The notes under the pieces are model-generated. The model was not told the origin of the DNA. It ran no database searches and worked only from the letters and a program-made list of their open reading frames with translations. A stretch of 64,000 nucleotides of DNA from a virus: UHGV virus genome UHGV-0034108; one strand, given 5' to 3'. Numbering within the stretch: position 1 is the stretch's first letter; the number at the start of each line of letters is the position of its first letter. Of the stretch, positions 10,932-20,654 are shown one piece after another. A program made the translations under genes and the position numbers.

Positions 10932-11276
10932 ATGGAACAAAATAAAAGAATAAGCACAATATCTTCTATGTGTGAGAAGATTAAAGGTTTTCTGAAAAAG
11001 GTGTGGGCTGTCTTGACTGCAACCTATAAGTGGATTACAGGATTTGGAGCCGATAAGTACATACACTTTATCGCAGGAATTGTCATTACTGCTGCGGTTG
11101 CTTTCATACCACACTTCGCTCCGTTTGCTCTTACTGCTGGAGTTGTCGCGGGTGTAGTGAAGGAATGTATAGACCATTTATGTGGAAAAGGATTTGACGA
11201 GACAGATCTATTCGCAACTATATTAGGATCTGCCTTGGCTCAGATTTGTATCTGGATTTATCTTATAATATTCTAA
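10932..11276 (+). CDS. small multi-pass membrane protein (holin candidate)
   Basis: 114 aa, 2-3 hydrophobic segments, immediately upstream of endolysin. Confidence 0.45.
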   Translation: MEQNKRISTISSMCEKIKGFLKKVWAVLTATYKWITGFGADKYIHFIAGIVITAAVAFIPHFAPFALTAGVVAGVVKECIDHLCGKGFDETDLFATILGSALAQICIWIYLIIF

Positions 11277-11280
11277 CATT

Positions 11281-11754
11281 ATGGATTGGATTCAGATATT
11301 GACATTGATTTTAGGGTTTCTCGGTGGAGGTGGGGGGTTAACTGCCCTTGTCACTATCAGGTCGCAACAGAAGAAAGCAGGAGCGGATGCAGATAATGCA
11401 GCAATCACAGCTCTGAACAATGCTATTACTACAATGACAGGAATAGATAATGACAAGGACAGGGAAATTGCTGATTTGAAAACTGAGAACTCCGGGTTGC
11501 GTACTCAGATAGGTGACTTGCAGAAACAGATTGCCGACAAGCGTTGCGAGTGTACGACAAAGAGTTACTACATGTGTGTACACCAAGGTTGTGTACTTCG
11601 ACGTCCGTCATTGGGTCGTGGTAAGAATTACTTTTCAGAGCATTGGCAGGATGCTGATTTCGGAGCAGACTTCTATACTGTTGAGGAGCTTCTTGATGAA
11701 TATAGAAAGAATAACGTATTAAAACTTATAGAACACAATGGGAACGATAAGTAA
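11281..11754 (+). CDS. membrane-anchored coiled-coil protein, lysis-associated
   Basis: N-terminal TM (ILTLILGFLGGGGGLTALV), then coiled coil; overlaps endolysin start. Confidence 0.4.
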   Translation: MDWIQILTLILGFLGGGGGLTALVTIRSQQKKAGADADNAAITALNNAITTMTGIDNDKDREIADLKTENSGLRTQIGDLQKQIADKRCECTTKSYYMCVHQGCVLRRPSLGRGKNYFSEHWQDADFGADFYTVEELLDEYRKNNVLKLIEHNGNDK

Positions 11755-13234
11755 AAATTTCTCTTATGCGGAGTTTGAAAAGACGGACGTACCTGGAATG
11801 CAGGTGAAGAATACGATAACATCAGTGGATGTCCGTGATAGTATCAAAGAACTCGTTGATACTGTTATACAGCCGCTCAGAGATGCGTGGGGAAAGCCTC
11901 TCGCTATCAACAGCGGCTACAGATGTCCGGAAGTAAATCAAGCTGTTGGAGGTGTTCCTACCTCACAACATTGCTTTGACACAGATACGGAAATTCTGAC
12001 AAACAACGGTTGGAAGACAAGTACTACAATTTCAATCGAAGATTTGGTATATACATATAGTTTTAGTTATGGAAGCATAGAACTCAAAGCGATTAACGAA
12101 ATTATACATAAACCATTTGTCGGTGAATTATATCACATCAAAAACAAACATCTTGATGTGATGTGTACCGATAAACATAATGTTATTGTTCGTTATGATA
12201 ATCATAAGTATCAACGCAAGGGAGTGAATAAAATTACGGCAGAAGGGCAGGCTTATTTTGATTCACTGAAAACCAATAATGATCAATTTCATCTTGAAAA
12301 AATGGAAGAGGTCGCGGGCAAAAGGCGACATTTCATGACTTGTGGCTACACGTCCGAAACTACAGACTATGATGTTATGTTTATGAAGTTCGTGATGGCG
12401 GTTGTGGCTGATGGCTACTTCGGTTTCCATTGTGGTAAGACGCCGTACATCGGCTTTCATGTTAAGAAGGAGAGAAAAATAACATACCTCAAAGTCTTGA
12501 TGAAATTGAATGGGATAAAATATTCAGTCAGAAGAGAAAAGGATGGCACTTATTATTTCTATATCGGAAAATCAGTTGCTGACAAGGTATTGGAAATCAT
12601 AGGCAAGAAAAAGAACATCCCTTATTATATTCTAAAGGCAGACGTTAGGACATTACGTGAACTGGTTGGTACATATACTTTTTTTGATGGACATTGTGAT
12701 ATACGTCACGGCAATATTGGTATTAGTATATCTACTGTAAATGCAAATAACGCCTCTGTTTTGCAGGCAATGTGTGTGCTGTCAGGTATGCGCTGTATAT
12801 TATCATCAAAAATACCGGAATTGGGGAGTATCAGAGGCGTGCAGATAAAAACTGCACAACGAGTATATAGTTTGTCAATCTGTCCAGATAAAATAAGTAG
12901 CAAGTTCAAGGAAGATAGTTTTAAGAAGGTCCATTACAGTGGGGAGGTTTGGTGTATTCGAGACGATAATGACACCGTCATCGTTCGCAGGAATGGCAAG
13001 GTTTCTTTGCAGGGGAATTGTAAGGGCGAGGCAGCAGACGTGTGTCCGTTCGGAAGAAATGGTAGTGGCAATGTAGATGTCATCAGACAGCTTGCACAGA
13101 AAGCATCTGAATTGAAACTCCCATTCGATCAGATGATTCTCTATCCTACGTTTGTTCATTTCTCACACAAGAAGAATGGCACTCAAAGAGGACAAATACT
13201 TTATAACAAAAGATATACAGGAAAGAAACTATGA
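11738..13234 (+). CDS. peptidase M15 family endolysin precursor containing an intein
   Basis: Exteins join to ..TSQH|CKGEAADV.. = SxHxxGxAxD zinc motif plus downstream FVHFSH; 349-aa insert between. Confidence 0.75.
   Translation: MGTISKNFSYAEFEKTDVPGMQVKNTITSVDVRDSIKELVDTVIQPLRDAWGKPLAINSGYRCPEVNQAVGGVPTSQHCFDTDTEILTNNGWKTSTTISIEDLVYTYSFSYGSIELKAINEIIHKPFVGELYHIKNKHLDVMCTDKHNVIVRYDNHKYQRKGVNKITAEGQAYFDSLKTNNDQFHLEKMEEVAGKRRHFMTCGYTSETTDYDVMFMKFVMAVVADGYFGFHCGKTPYIGFHVKKERKITYLKVLMKLNGIKYSVRREKDGTYYFYIGKSVADKVLEIIGKKKNIPYYILKADVRTLRELVGTYTFFDGHCDIRHGNIGISISTVNANNASVLQAMCVLSGMRCILSSKIPELGSIRGVQIKTAQRVYSLSICPDKISSKFKEDSFKKVHYSGEVWCIRDDNDTVIVRRNGKVSLQGNCKGEAADVCPFGRNGSGNVDVIRQLAQKASELKLPFDQMILYPTFVHFSHKKNGTQRGQILYNKRYTGKKL
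11972..13018 (+). mobile_element. intein with LAGLIDADG homing endonuclease domain
   Basis: Starts CFDTDTEILT (block A), TDKH (block B), LAGLIDADG-like VMAVVADGYF and LVGTYTFFDGHC, ends ..NGKVSLQGN followed by Cys+1. Confidence 0.75.
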
Positions 13235-13343
13235 TTATGTGGTACTTGTAATGTTTTTCATAATTTTTTGATGATTTTTATGTGTTTAGGATTCCCGTCG
13301 TGAGATGCGAATCTTTTTAAGGAGAACTTAATACTTTTTTGAT

Positions 13344-13739
13344 ATGAAAGATTTTATTGAATTTCTGTTATGGCTGCATCAGTTGCCACAAACTACACTC
13401 GGATATATTCTGAGATTGTTTTACAAGGGAACAGACAAGTTGTATCATTCTGGAAAGTGCGATGTGATAGTCCGTCGTTCTTCTAAAATGGGCGGAGGTA
13501 TTTCACTTGGTCAGTTCGTCATTATCAGTCAATGGTCAAAGTCAAATACAGTAAAACACGAGCTTGGGCATTGTATTCAATCTCAATATCTCGGATGGCT
13601 GTACCTTATAGTTATTGGCTTGCCGTCAATCGTATGGGCCATGTTATATAGTATTCCATCTATATATAAGAAGTGGTCATATTATGACTTTTATACAGAA
13701 CGCTGGGCAGATAAACTCGGAGGAGTAGTAAGAAAATGA
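13344..13739 (+). CDS. small membrane protein with HExxH (HELGH) motif
   Basis: 131 aa; KHELGHCIQS followed by TM segment LYLIVIGLPSIVWAMLY. Confidence 0.45.
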   Translation: MKDFIEFLLWLHQLPQTTLGYILRLFYKGTDKLYHSGKCDVIVRRSSKMGGGISLGQFVIISQWSKSNTVKHELGHCIQSQYLGWLYLIVIGLPSIVWAMLYSIPSIYKKWSYYDFYTERWADKLGGVVRK

Positions 13740-13783
13740 TTGTACTACAACTTGTAGTATATTGAACTTTTTAGAAAGTTGCT

Positions 13784-14281
13784 ATGAAGAAAGTTAGCGG
13801 ATATGTAATTGCTATTTGTGTTACGGCAGTTATCGTTGCTGCTGTTACATTACTGTCATCACGTCATTATAAGAAAGATGAAGTGATAAACATAGTCCGC
13901 GACACAGTCATAGTTCATGACACCGTGCGTATAGAGAAGCCTACAGCAAAACATATAAGAACTGTTGATACAGTCCTTGTTCTTGCTACAGACACTCTAA
14001 TGGTACATGATACGGTCTTTGTGCGTCTTCCTGTTGAGGAGAAACTTTATTCAAGCAATGATTATAAGTTACAGATATCCGGCTATCGGCCATCATTGGA
14101 TTGGATAGAAGTTTACCCGACAACTGTAACGGTAAAGGAAACTCAGACCATTTCCACACCAGCACGAAAAAGATGGGGAATCGGTGTTCAGGTAGGCTAC
14201 GGTGCTACATTATACAATAAGCAGGTTGTACTCTCTCCTTATGTAGGTATCGGAGTAAGTTATCATTTTATAAGATGGTGA
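13784..14281 (+). CDS. membrane-anchored protein (spanin candidate)
   Basis: 165 aa, N-terminal TM/signal anchor; last gene of lysis cluster. Confidence 0.35.
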   Translation: MKKVSGYVIAICVTAVIVAAVTLLSSRHYKKDEVINIVRDTVIVHDTVRIEKPTAKHIRTVDTVLVLATDTLMVHDTVFVRLPVEEKLYSSNDYKLQISGYRPSLDWIEVYPTTVTVKETQTISTPARKRWGIGVQVGYGATLYNKQVVLSPYVGIGVSYHFIRW

Positions 14282-14299
14282 TTAGCTATTGAGAAACGT

Positions 14300-14689
14300 T
14301 TGTTTCTCAAGTTGCCGGACGGATATCCGTTCCGGAGTTTTTGCGTATATACCATAATGATAACACTAAAAAATAAGCGTATGACAAAGAGAGAAATTTT
14401 TGAAGAAATCTTCAATGTAGTATGTGATGTATGTGAAGTAGACAAGACCGATATCCTCAGTGGTGTAAAGAGAACGGAAGTAGTGGAAGCACGCTGTATA
14501 GCGGCTCACTTTCTGATAAGATATGGAGTTCTTCCCGGTGATGTCGTAAGGTTCAGTAATGGTCTTGTGAGATACCGTCAGTGTGTGAACAATTCGGCTA
14601 ATCTGTTTGACTTTAGAAAAAAGGTATCATTCTCTTTCTGTAATGATGCTAACTGTGTTGGAAAGATTCTGGAAACAAGATTGAAATAA
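14300..14689 (+). CDS. hypothetical HTH protein (weak DnaA C-terminal-like pattern)
   Basis: TDILSGVKRTEVVEARCIAAHFLIRYGVLPGDVV resembles DnaA domain IV helix pattern; weak. Confidence 0.3.
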   Translation: MFLKLPDGYPFRSFCVYTIMITLKNKRMTKREIFEEIFNVVCDVCEVDKTDILSGVKRTEVVEARCIAAHFLIRYGVLPGDVVRFSNGLVRYRQCVNNSANLFDFRKKVSFSFCNDANCVGKILETRLK

Positions 14690-14807
14690 ATTAGAAATGA
14701 ATTAGAAACGAATCTGCATCATAAGCTTTTGTGGCATAGGTGCTTATACCTACCTTTGTCATACCGATTGTACAACGGGTATGTATAACAATTAAAATTT
14801 AAAAGTT

Positions 14808-15623
14808 ATGTCAGAAGCAAAAACTTATGTTTTCGGTGAGGGTGCAGGCAACGGTCTTGATACTGCGGCTCTTGCCATGATGAACGGCGGCATGGGCGGA
14901 GGAATGTGGAATAACCCTATATGGGCTATCGTATTTCTTGCTGCCTTGCAGAATGGTGGCATTTTTGGCAACAACAGGGATAAAAATTCTGATGTTGCTT
15001 TTGTATCCAGTCAGCTTGGACAGGCGATTGCCGGTAATGCAAATTCAATATCGAATCTTTCTACTCATCTTGACTGCTCTATTGGACAGATTCAGACAGG
15101 TCTTTCAGCACTTCAGTCAGCTATCTGCAATCTTGGAAATCAGAATGGCATGAGTGCAATGCAGATTGTAAATGCAGTCAACTCCGGTGATGCGGCATTA
15201 ACAAGTGCTCTACAATCATGTTGCTGCGAAATCAAGCAGGGCATCTCCGGTGTAAATATCGGTGTGGCTCAGGGTTTCGGAAATCTCAAATATGAGAATG
15301 CAGCAAATACCTGTGCAGTGAAGCAGGCAATTGCGGATCAGACGCAGACAGTCCTTGCGAAGCTCGATGCAATGGAGGACAGCAGGAAGGACAGGGAGAT
15401 TGCAAGTCTCACAGCCGCTCTTACAGCAGCAAACAGCCGTGCAGAAAGGCAGGCGGAACTCGCACCTATCCAAAAGGCACTCGCAGACATAGAGTGCAAG
15501 CAGCCTACTACTGTAACGACGGCATACTCACCATTTGTTGCGGTACCTAACTGTGTAGCAGCGCAGCTTGGACTATACGGTACTGGTACGGCTTGGCCAA
15601 ATGGCGGTGGTGTATTTGGTTAG
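14808..15623 (+). CDS. Gly/Ala/Asn-rich hypothetical protein
   Basis: 271-aa ORF, low-complexity Gly-rich N-terminus, Cys cluster CCCE. Confidence 0.5.
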   Translation: MSEAKTYVFGEGAGNGLDTAALAMMNGGMGGGMWNNPIWAIVFLAALQNGGIFGNNRDKNSDVAFVSSQLGQAIAGNANSISNLSTHLDCSIGQIQTGLSALQSAICNLGNQNGMSAMQIVNAVNSGDAALTSALQSCCCEIKQGISGVNIGVAQGFGNLKYENAANTCAVKQAIADQTQTVLAKLDAMEDSRKDREIASLTAALTAANSRAERQAELAPIQKALADIECKQPTTVTTAYSPFVAVPNCVAAQLGLYGTGTAWPNGGGVFG

Positions 15624-15637
15624 AAAGGAGGTGCGCT

Positions 15638-15979
15638 ATGGCTATACCTGTACCCTTTAACAGCCAGGGCATCTGGGGCATAGAGTCCCAGGGCGCACCG
15701 ACTGTCACAGCCACGGACGTCACTTTCAATTTTGAAAGTCATCCAAACATCAACACACCGTATAATGGTCTTCTGCTCGTGAACATTACGACAGCTATTC
15801 CGTCCGGCACCACCGGGACCCTTCCGATATTTTTCAAGACAGGAAACAGGGCAGCAAGGGAAGTGACGAAAGGCAGCGGTGCTCCTTTGACGGTAGCGGA
15901 TATATCCGGAACAGGTTATTACATGTTCTTCTACAACTACCGGACAGGAATATTGCGAGCAGTAACACCCATTGTATAA
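15638..15979 (+). CDS. hypothetical protein
   Basis: ORF 15593..15979; SD AAAGGAGG 7 nt before ATG at 15638. Confidence 0.5.
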   Translation: MAIPVPFNSQGIWGIESQGAPTVTATDVTFNFESHPNINTPYNGLLLVNITTAIPSGTTGTLPIFFKTGNRAAREVTKGSGAPLTVADISGTGYYMFFYNYRTGILRAVTPIV

Positions 15980-16001
15980 CAAGTAAAAACAACAAGCAGT
16001 T

Positions 16002-16484
16002 ATGTTCAGTGCATTGAGAGAGTCATCCCCTTTTTATATTCTGCGTAGGGGAGCCGGAGAGATTCCGGTATTGCAGATTGGGCAAGTTCAATCAGTTTCA
16101 CAACCCAAACCGAAATTCGGGACATTTCCCGGACAGTTCGGTGCAGAGACCACAGTGGACGTGAAGGTCACGGTGGGAAACGAGACGCAGAATTTTGAGC
16201 AGCTTCCGAGCCAACTCACGATAGCGAACTTCGGTTCAAGCGGAATCGTGGTGTCAGAAAGCAGGGAAGCCATCCTCGCCGAGGTCGAATCCATCCATAG
16301 AAACAGCCTTGATATTGTCAAGAGCCGTGACTATCATGAGAAGGTGGCGGAGGCTTGCGGTCAGATAGAGTTAGAACTCAACCCTCAGCTCCGGAAGGAG
16401 AGGGAACAGGAGGATAGAATCGTTGCTCTTGAGGGAAAAATAGACAAGCTTATCAATGCACTGAACAAGACTGCAAAAAACTGA
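16002..16484 (+). CDS. hypothetical protein with C-terminal coiled coil
   Basis: 160-aa ORF. Confidence 0.5.
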   Translation: MFSALRESSPFYILRRGAGEIPVLQIGQVQSVSQPKPKFGTFPGQFGAETTVDVKVTVGNETQNFEQLPSQLTIANFGSSGIVVSESREAILAEVESIHRNSLDIVKSRDYHEKVAEACGQIELELNPQLRKEREQEDRIVALEGKIDKLINALNKTAKN

Positions 16485-16490
16485 TTTACC

Positions 16491-16712
16491 ATGTATATGA
16501 TTGAAATAGAAGAAAGCAAGGTCAGCAGGATGTCTGAACTTGTTCAGAGTATGCTCCGTACAGGAGGTCAGCTTATGAAGTGTCTTGAAGATTGCGAACA
16601 TGAGGATGATCGTGATGATGATGACGATTATAGGCATGAATCTCGTAGGCGGAGAGGCGAAAGAGACTATCGTGATGATGAACGTAGTTCACGTAGTCGT
16701 GACAGATATTAA
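16491..16712 (+). CDS. highly charged low-complexity protein (RD/RS repeats)
   Basis: 73 aa; EDDRDDDDDYRHESRRRRGERDYRDDERSSRSRDRY. Confidence 0.35.
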   Translation: MYMIEIEESKVSRMSELVQSMLRTGGQLMKCLEDCEHEDDRDDDDDYRHESRRRRGERDYRDDERSSRSRDRY

Positions 16713-16758
16713 AAAAAGGCAGGACCGAAACATCAGTCCTGCCATAATAATTTGAGTT

Positions 16759-17178
16759 ATGGAAAGGGAATCTCTTGACAGATATGATGTACTTCCTCCT
16801 GCAATGAAGAACTACATCAGACATTATGGCCGTCACTTTTCAGAAGAGATGTATAAGTTTGCCGTATCGAAAATGTATCGCAGTACAGAAGACGGAAAGC
16901 GTGAATATATGGAACCCATATCTCGTGAAAGATTCGATGACCTTATGTCATCGTATGGTATAAGGCTTGAGAATGATGTTCTGTATGATGGTATGTTTGT
17001 CTACTGTATGGCGATGTCGGATTTCTACGGTTCTTCGCTTCCTGACGAATCTCATGTTTGTCAATTCGTGAAAGATTACATCGACGATACTGATCAGGCA
17101 GATGGTTTTGTATTCAACCGGTTCTATTCAGATATGGTTAGAAAGGGTGAACCTATACCGTGGAGTGATTGCTTATAG
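16759..17178 (+). CDS. hypothetical protein
   Basis: 139-aa ORF. Confidence 0.5.
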   Translation: MERESLDRYDVLPPAMKNYIRHYGRHFSEEMYKFAVSKMYRSTEDGKREYMEPISRERFDDLMSSYGIRLENDVLYDGMFVYCMAMSDFYGSSLPDESHVCQFVKDYIDDTDQADGFVFNRFYSDMVRKGEPIPWSDCL

Positions 17179-17649
17179 GTATTGCTCCAGCTTGCTTGTC
17201 TGTATCAATGCTTGATGATAGGAATCTTTATCATGCTCTGATGCGAATGTCATTGAACCATCGTCAGCAATTACAGCTTCCGGAAGATGGTATCCGTTTT
17301 CGGATGCCCACTGACGGAAGTCTGTGATTGCTCTTCTCATTTCCGGAATCGTCAGATCACTTGTACTTCTGTAGTATCTTACGGTCTGTCCTGTAATCTT
17401 GTCTTTTGAAACTGTAACGAAAAGTGACGGACTGGCAAGCTCCTTCAAATAGACTTGTTTTGCATAGGCTTCTGTTACTCCTGTTTGAGCTGCCATTATC
17501 CGGCATAGTATATGGAGATACGAATTTTGATTCAGAGTTCTGTTAGATTCATCTTTCAGACTTACGTTTCCACGTTGCTTTTTTAGAAGAGCGTTTGCTC
17601 TCCTTATGAAACTCCGTCTCTCATCTTGTATTGAAAGGTCATAATTCAT
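17173..17649 (-). CDS. NinB/Orf-like recombination protein
   Basis: RTLNQNSYLHILCRI resembles lambda Orf RSLDQNRKLWACLGDV core; adjacent to att/int. Confidence 0.4.
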   Translation of the reverse strand: MNYDLSIQDERRSFIRRANALLKKQRGNVSLKDESNRTLNQNSYLHILCRIMAAQTGVTEAYAKQVYLKELASPSLFVTVSKDKITGQTVRYYRSTSDLTIPEMRRAITDFRQWASENGYHLPEAVIADDGSMTFASEHDKDSYHQALIQTSKLEQYL

Positions 17650-17765
17650 CTCGAAAAAATTTAGTTAAAGATAATAAAAAAGTGTGTCATTTTGCAGAAT
17701 ACTATGCAGATACTTTTCAAATTGTCCGTAAGTTTCTGATTTAGAACTTGCAAATTTTTTAGAAC

Positions 17766-17816
17766 TTATGCTTTGCAAGCAGAGGGTCGTCGGTTCGAAT
17801 CCGTCTATCTCCACCA
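17766..17816 (+). tRNA. 3' fragment of a tRNA-Ala(TGC)-like gene (attachment-site core), not a complete tRNA
   Basis: Anticodon stem-loop ..ugcUUUGCAAgca.., T-arm GTCGG-TTCGAAT-CCGTC, acceptor 3' strand + A73 + CCA; U70 permits G3:U70; no 5' acceptor strand upstream. Confidence 0.55.
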
Positions 17817-17986
17817 AACAAGGTAATATCAGTCAATTAGTAAAACATTTATGTTACACAAATTGACTGGTTTGTCGTGTTTTATTTTTATCTCATGTGC
17901 CTTAAAACCGTTCTTATCACTATGCAGAAAACTATGCAGAATTTTGTCTACAAAATTATATCTTTGCAGGCAAAAAATTTTAGAAC

Positions 17987-19224
17987 ATGGCTGCAACAAG
18001 ATTTTTCCTCGATATGAGAGGAAAGGCTAAGGATGGAAAAGGCTCCGTCCTTATTTCGCTTTATCACAACACAAGTACTACTACATTCGGCACGGGAATC
18101 CGCATTCATCCCGATAATTGGTGTGACGGAAGGATAACGGGAGTTCCGGGAGCCGAGGTACTTAATGCCAGTCTTAATGAGCAGAAGACAAAAATTGACA
18201 AGAAGATAGCATTATTATCAATGGAGCCTTCCTTTTTCAGCATGACTGCCTCACAAATAAAAAAGAGTATAGCGGAAGAAAAGCCTAAAAAGACCTATGG
18301 ACATCCTGTATCTGCTGTGTTTGATGAATATGTAGAAACAGGACATCTGAAAGACGGAACTAAATCTATATACAAAAGTACACTGAAAAAAGTTCTGTCT
18401 TTTTCTGGAACTACCGTCTGCATGGAAACTATGGATTTGCGTTGGCTTAGAAATTTTGATAATTACTTGTCAAAAACTCAGGGTATAAACGGTAAGGCAA
18501 TTTATCTTCGTGCTTTACGTGCCGTATTTAATTATGCAAAACATACTGGAATCATATCACACTATCCGTTTGATACCTTTTCAATACGGCACGAGGAAAC
18601 ACGTAAACGTAGTATTACCGTTGAGCAATTACGATTGTTTTATAACAAGGAAACTTCATTGCAGAATCAAATGTATAGAGATTACTTTTTTCTGATGTTT
18701 TTCCTTATTGGAATCAATGCAAAGGATTTGCTTCTTGCCAAAAAAGTCAAGTAAACAACGGTCGTTTTGAATATACAAGAGCTAAGACAAATAAGAGATA
18801 CACTATCCGAATTGAACCGGAAGCTGAAGAGCTTATACTGAAACATAGCGGAAAGTCAGATTATCTTCTCGATGCTATGGATCACTGCGTTCATTATAAT
18901 AGCTTCATGCGGGAGATAAATGAAGCCATCCAATCTGTAGGTGATGTTGTTGAGGAGTATTTACCGGATGAAAATGATTTGTTTGCAGAACCTAAACTCA
19001 TTAGACATATACAGCCAATAATACCGGACATAACAACATATTATGCCCGACATACGTGGGCAACATTTGCCCACAAATTAGATATTTCATCAGATATTAT
19101 TGCTCTCGCTCTTGGACATTCACCTACAAATAGGACGACATTTATTTATATCAAACCAGATTTGAAGAAGGTTGATGAAGCAAACCGAAAAGTGATAGAT
19201 TATTTTTTCGGAAAATCAATATAG
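17987..19224 (+). pseudogene. int: tyrosine integrase, disrupted by frameshift at A6 run (18740..18745)
   Basis: ORF 17987..18754 (N-terminal/core-binding) continues in +2 frame from 18739 into ORF 18877..19224 (RHTWATF..LGHS..TTFIYI catalytic region); one extra A would restore about 410-aa protein. Confidence 0.7.
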
Positions 19225-19584
19225 CGTTTTTCCACTTCCGTCACACATCGGGCAGTTTTCTACATCACTACGCCCATCAAACGAATCATCGTCAATTATC
19301 TCAGGAAGACGGTTCCATTCTTGTGCTGTTACAGGTACATCAGTGCGTCTCTTTGCATCCCATTTATAGTACAACTTACCTGCTCCATTGCATCTTGGAC
19401 ACGTGCAGTATCGTTCATTCCAAGGAGCATTACGACTGTCGTAATCTCCTGATATATAATCAATCCGTCCCATACTACATTTTTGAGCAACTAATGATTT
19501 CTTCAGCATCCCAATATTCACGTTTAACTTTCTGTATAGCTTCTTCACGAGAATTTGCGCTGACCCATACAGATGCAAGGTCAT
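19216..19584 (-). CDS. small zinc-finger protein (two CxxCxGxGK motifs, DnaJ-type)
   Basis: CPRCNGAGK and CPMCDGSGK. Confidence 0.5.
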   Translation of the reverse strand: MTLHLYGSAQILVKKLYRKLNVNIGMLKKSLVAQKCSMGRIDYISGDYDSRNAPWNERYCTCPRCNGAGKLYYKWDAKRRTDVPVTAQEWNRLPEIIDDDSFDGRSDVENCPMCDGSGKTLY

Positions 19585-19639
19585 CTCCTTTTGGTTTGTA
19601 GTAAATTTTCCAGTCCATGATTATTTTATTTTAATAATT

Positions 19640-20164
19640 TTAATAAAGAATTGTCGGAACAGCAAGGTACGAGTTACAAAAGATGTCGCAGTCTACAAAA
19701 CCACCTCTGCCATCCGCAATCCAACAGTAATCCTTGCTGCATTTTGAACAAGACCAAACGTAGCAAACAAAATCTCGCAATAAGTCAGCTCCTGCTATTG
19801 TCTTCGCCAATTCGTCAATATTTTCCTTTTGGTCTTGAATTTCCATTGCTGCAAGCAGTGACGGAAGAGCGAAAACACCATAATTATCTGCATAAAACTG
19901 AGTAACCCACATAGCAGCAGGACTGCCAAGAGCAACGAGCTGTTCAGTTCTATAATCAACATATTCACTCTTTAGTGCTTCTATCTCTGTTTCAGTAGGT
20001 GAGTCCCAGTTACAGATTTTGTCATTATCTGCGAGTATCATCTTCTTAGAATACTTCGGATAGATGAGTGCCCTCTGTTTATTAAGGAGGTTTATCTCAA
20101 TACCCTCAATGCTTTCAAGCCTGTTCTCTCCCTCGTGTCCATTTTTGTAGATGATTTTTGCCAT
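19640..20164 (-). CDS. hypothetical protein
   Basis: ORF 19640..20182; GGGAGGA SD then ATG at second Met. Confidence 0.5.
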   Translation of the reverse strand: MAKIIYKNGHEGENRLESIEGIEINLLNKQRALIYPKYSKKMILADNDKICNWDSPTETEIEALKSEYVDYRTEQLVALGSPAAMWVTQFYADNYGVFALPSLLAAMEIQDQKENIDELAKTIAGADLLRDFVCYVWSCSKCSKDYCWIADGRGGFVDCDIFCNSYLAVPTILY

Positions 20165-20166
20165 AA

Positions 20167-20652
20167 TTATTCCTCCCACCATTTATAATACTCTGGACAA
20201 TCGTCTTTCGTCCCAAGCAAATGCTTTGTTTCGTCATTGTAAGGAATACACTCATAAACAGTTACACCTATACAATGTACCTCTCCATTTGACAAAATAT
20301 CACTGAAAAAATTGCAGACCCATCTTTCATTCTCATAATTATGTCTGATTAGCACTTTGTCAAATGGCTTAAACTCTTTCGGGTCGAATTTCTTCTTAAC
20401 GGGAACTTTGAACTTGCTCCAATCTCTTTGATATTTAGAGGGAAATAGTATACATTCTGCTTCTTTTATATTATACATTTTTCCGTTTGAATAAAGTGCT
20501 ATGTAATTACAACCAACTGCTGTTAGAGCTATGGGTTTACAATTGTTAACTTTTATCTCATCTAGAAATACATCACCATATATTGGAGACCAAAACTTTG
20601 TACCTTTTGGGCAATTCTTTAAGATTATACATAAATTTAAATATTCATTCAT
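20167..20652 (-). CDS. hypothetical protein
   Basis: ORF 20167..20667; GGGAGGAGTAATTATG places start at second Met. Confidence 0.5.
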   Translation of the reverse strand: MNEYLNLCIILKNCPKGTKFWSPIYGDVFLDEIKVNNCKPIALTAVGCNYIALYSNGKMYNIKEAECILFPSKYQRDWSKFKVPVKKKFDPKEFKPFDKVLIRHNYENERWVCNFFSDILSNGEVHCIGVTVYECIPYNDETKHLLGTKDDCPEYYKWWEE

Positions 20653-20654
20653 AA

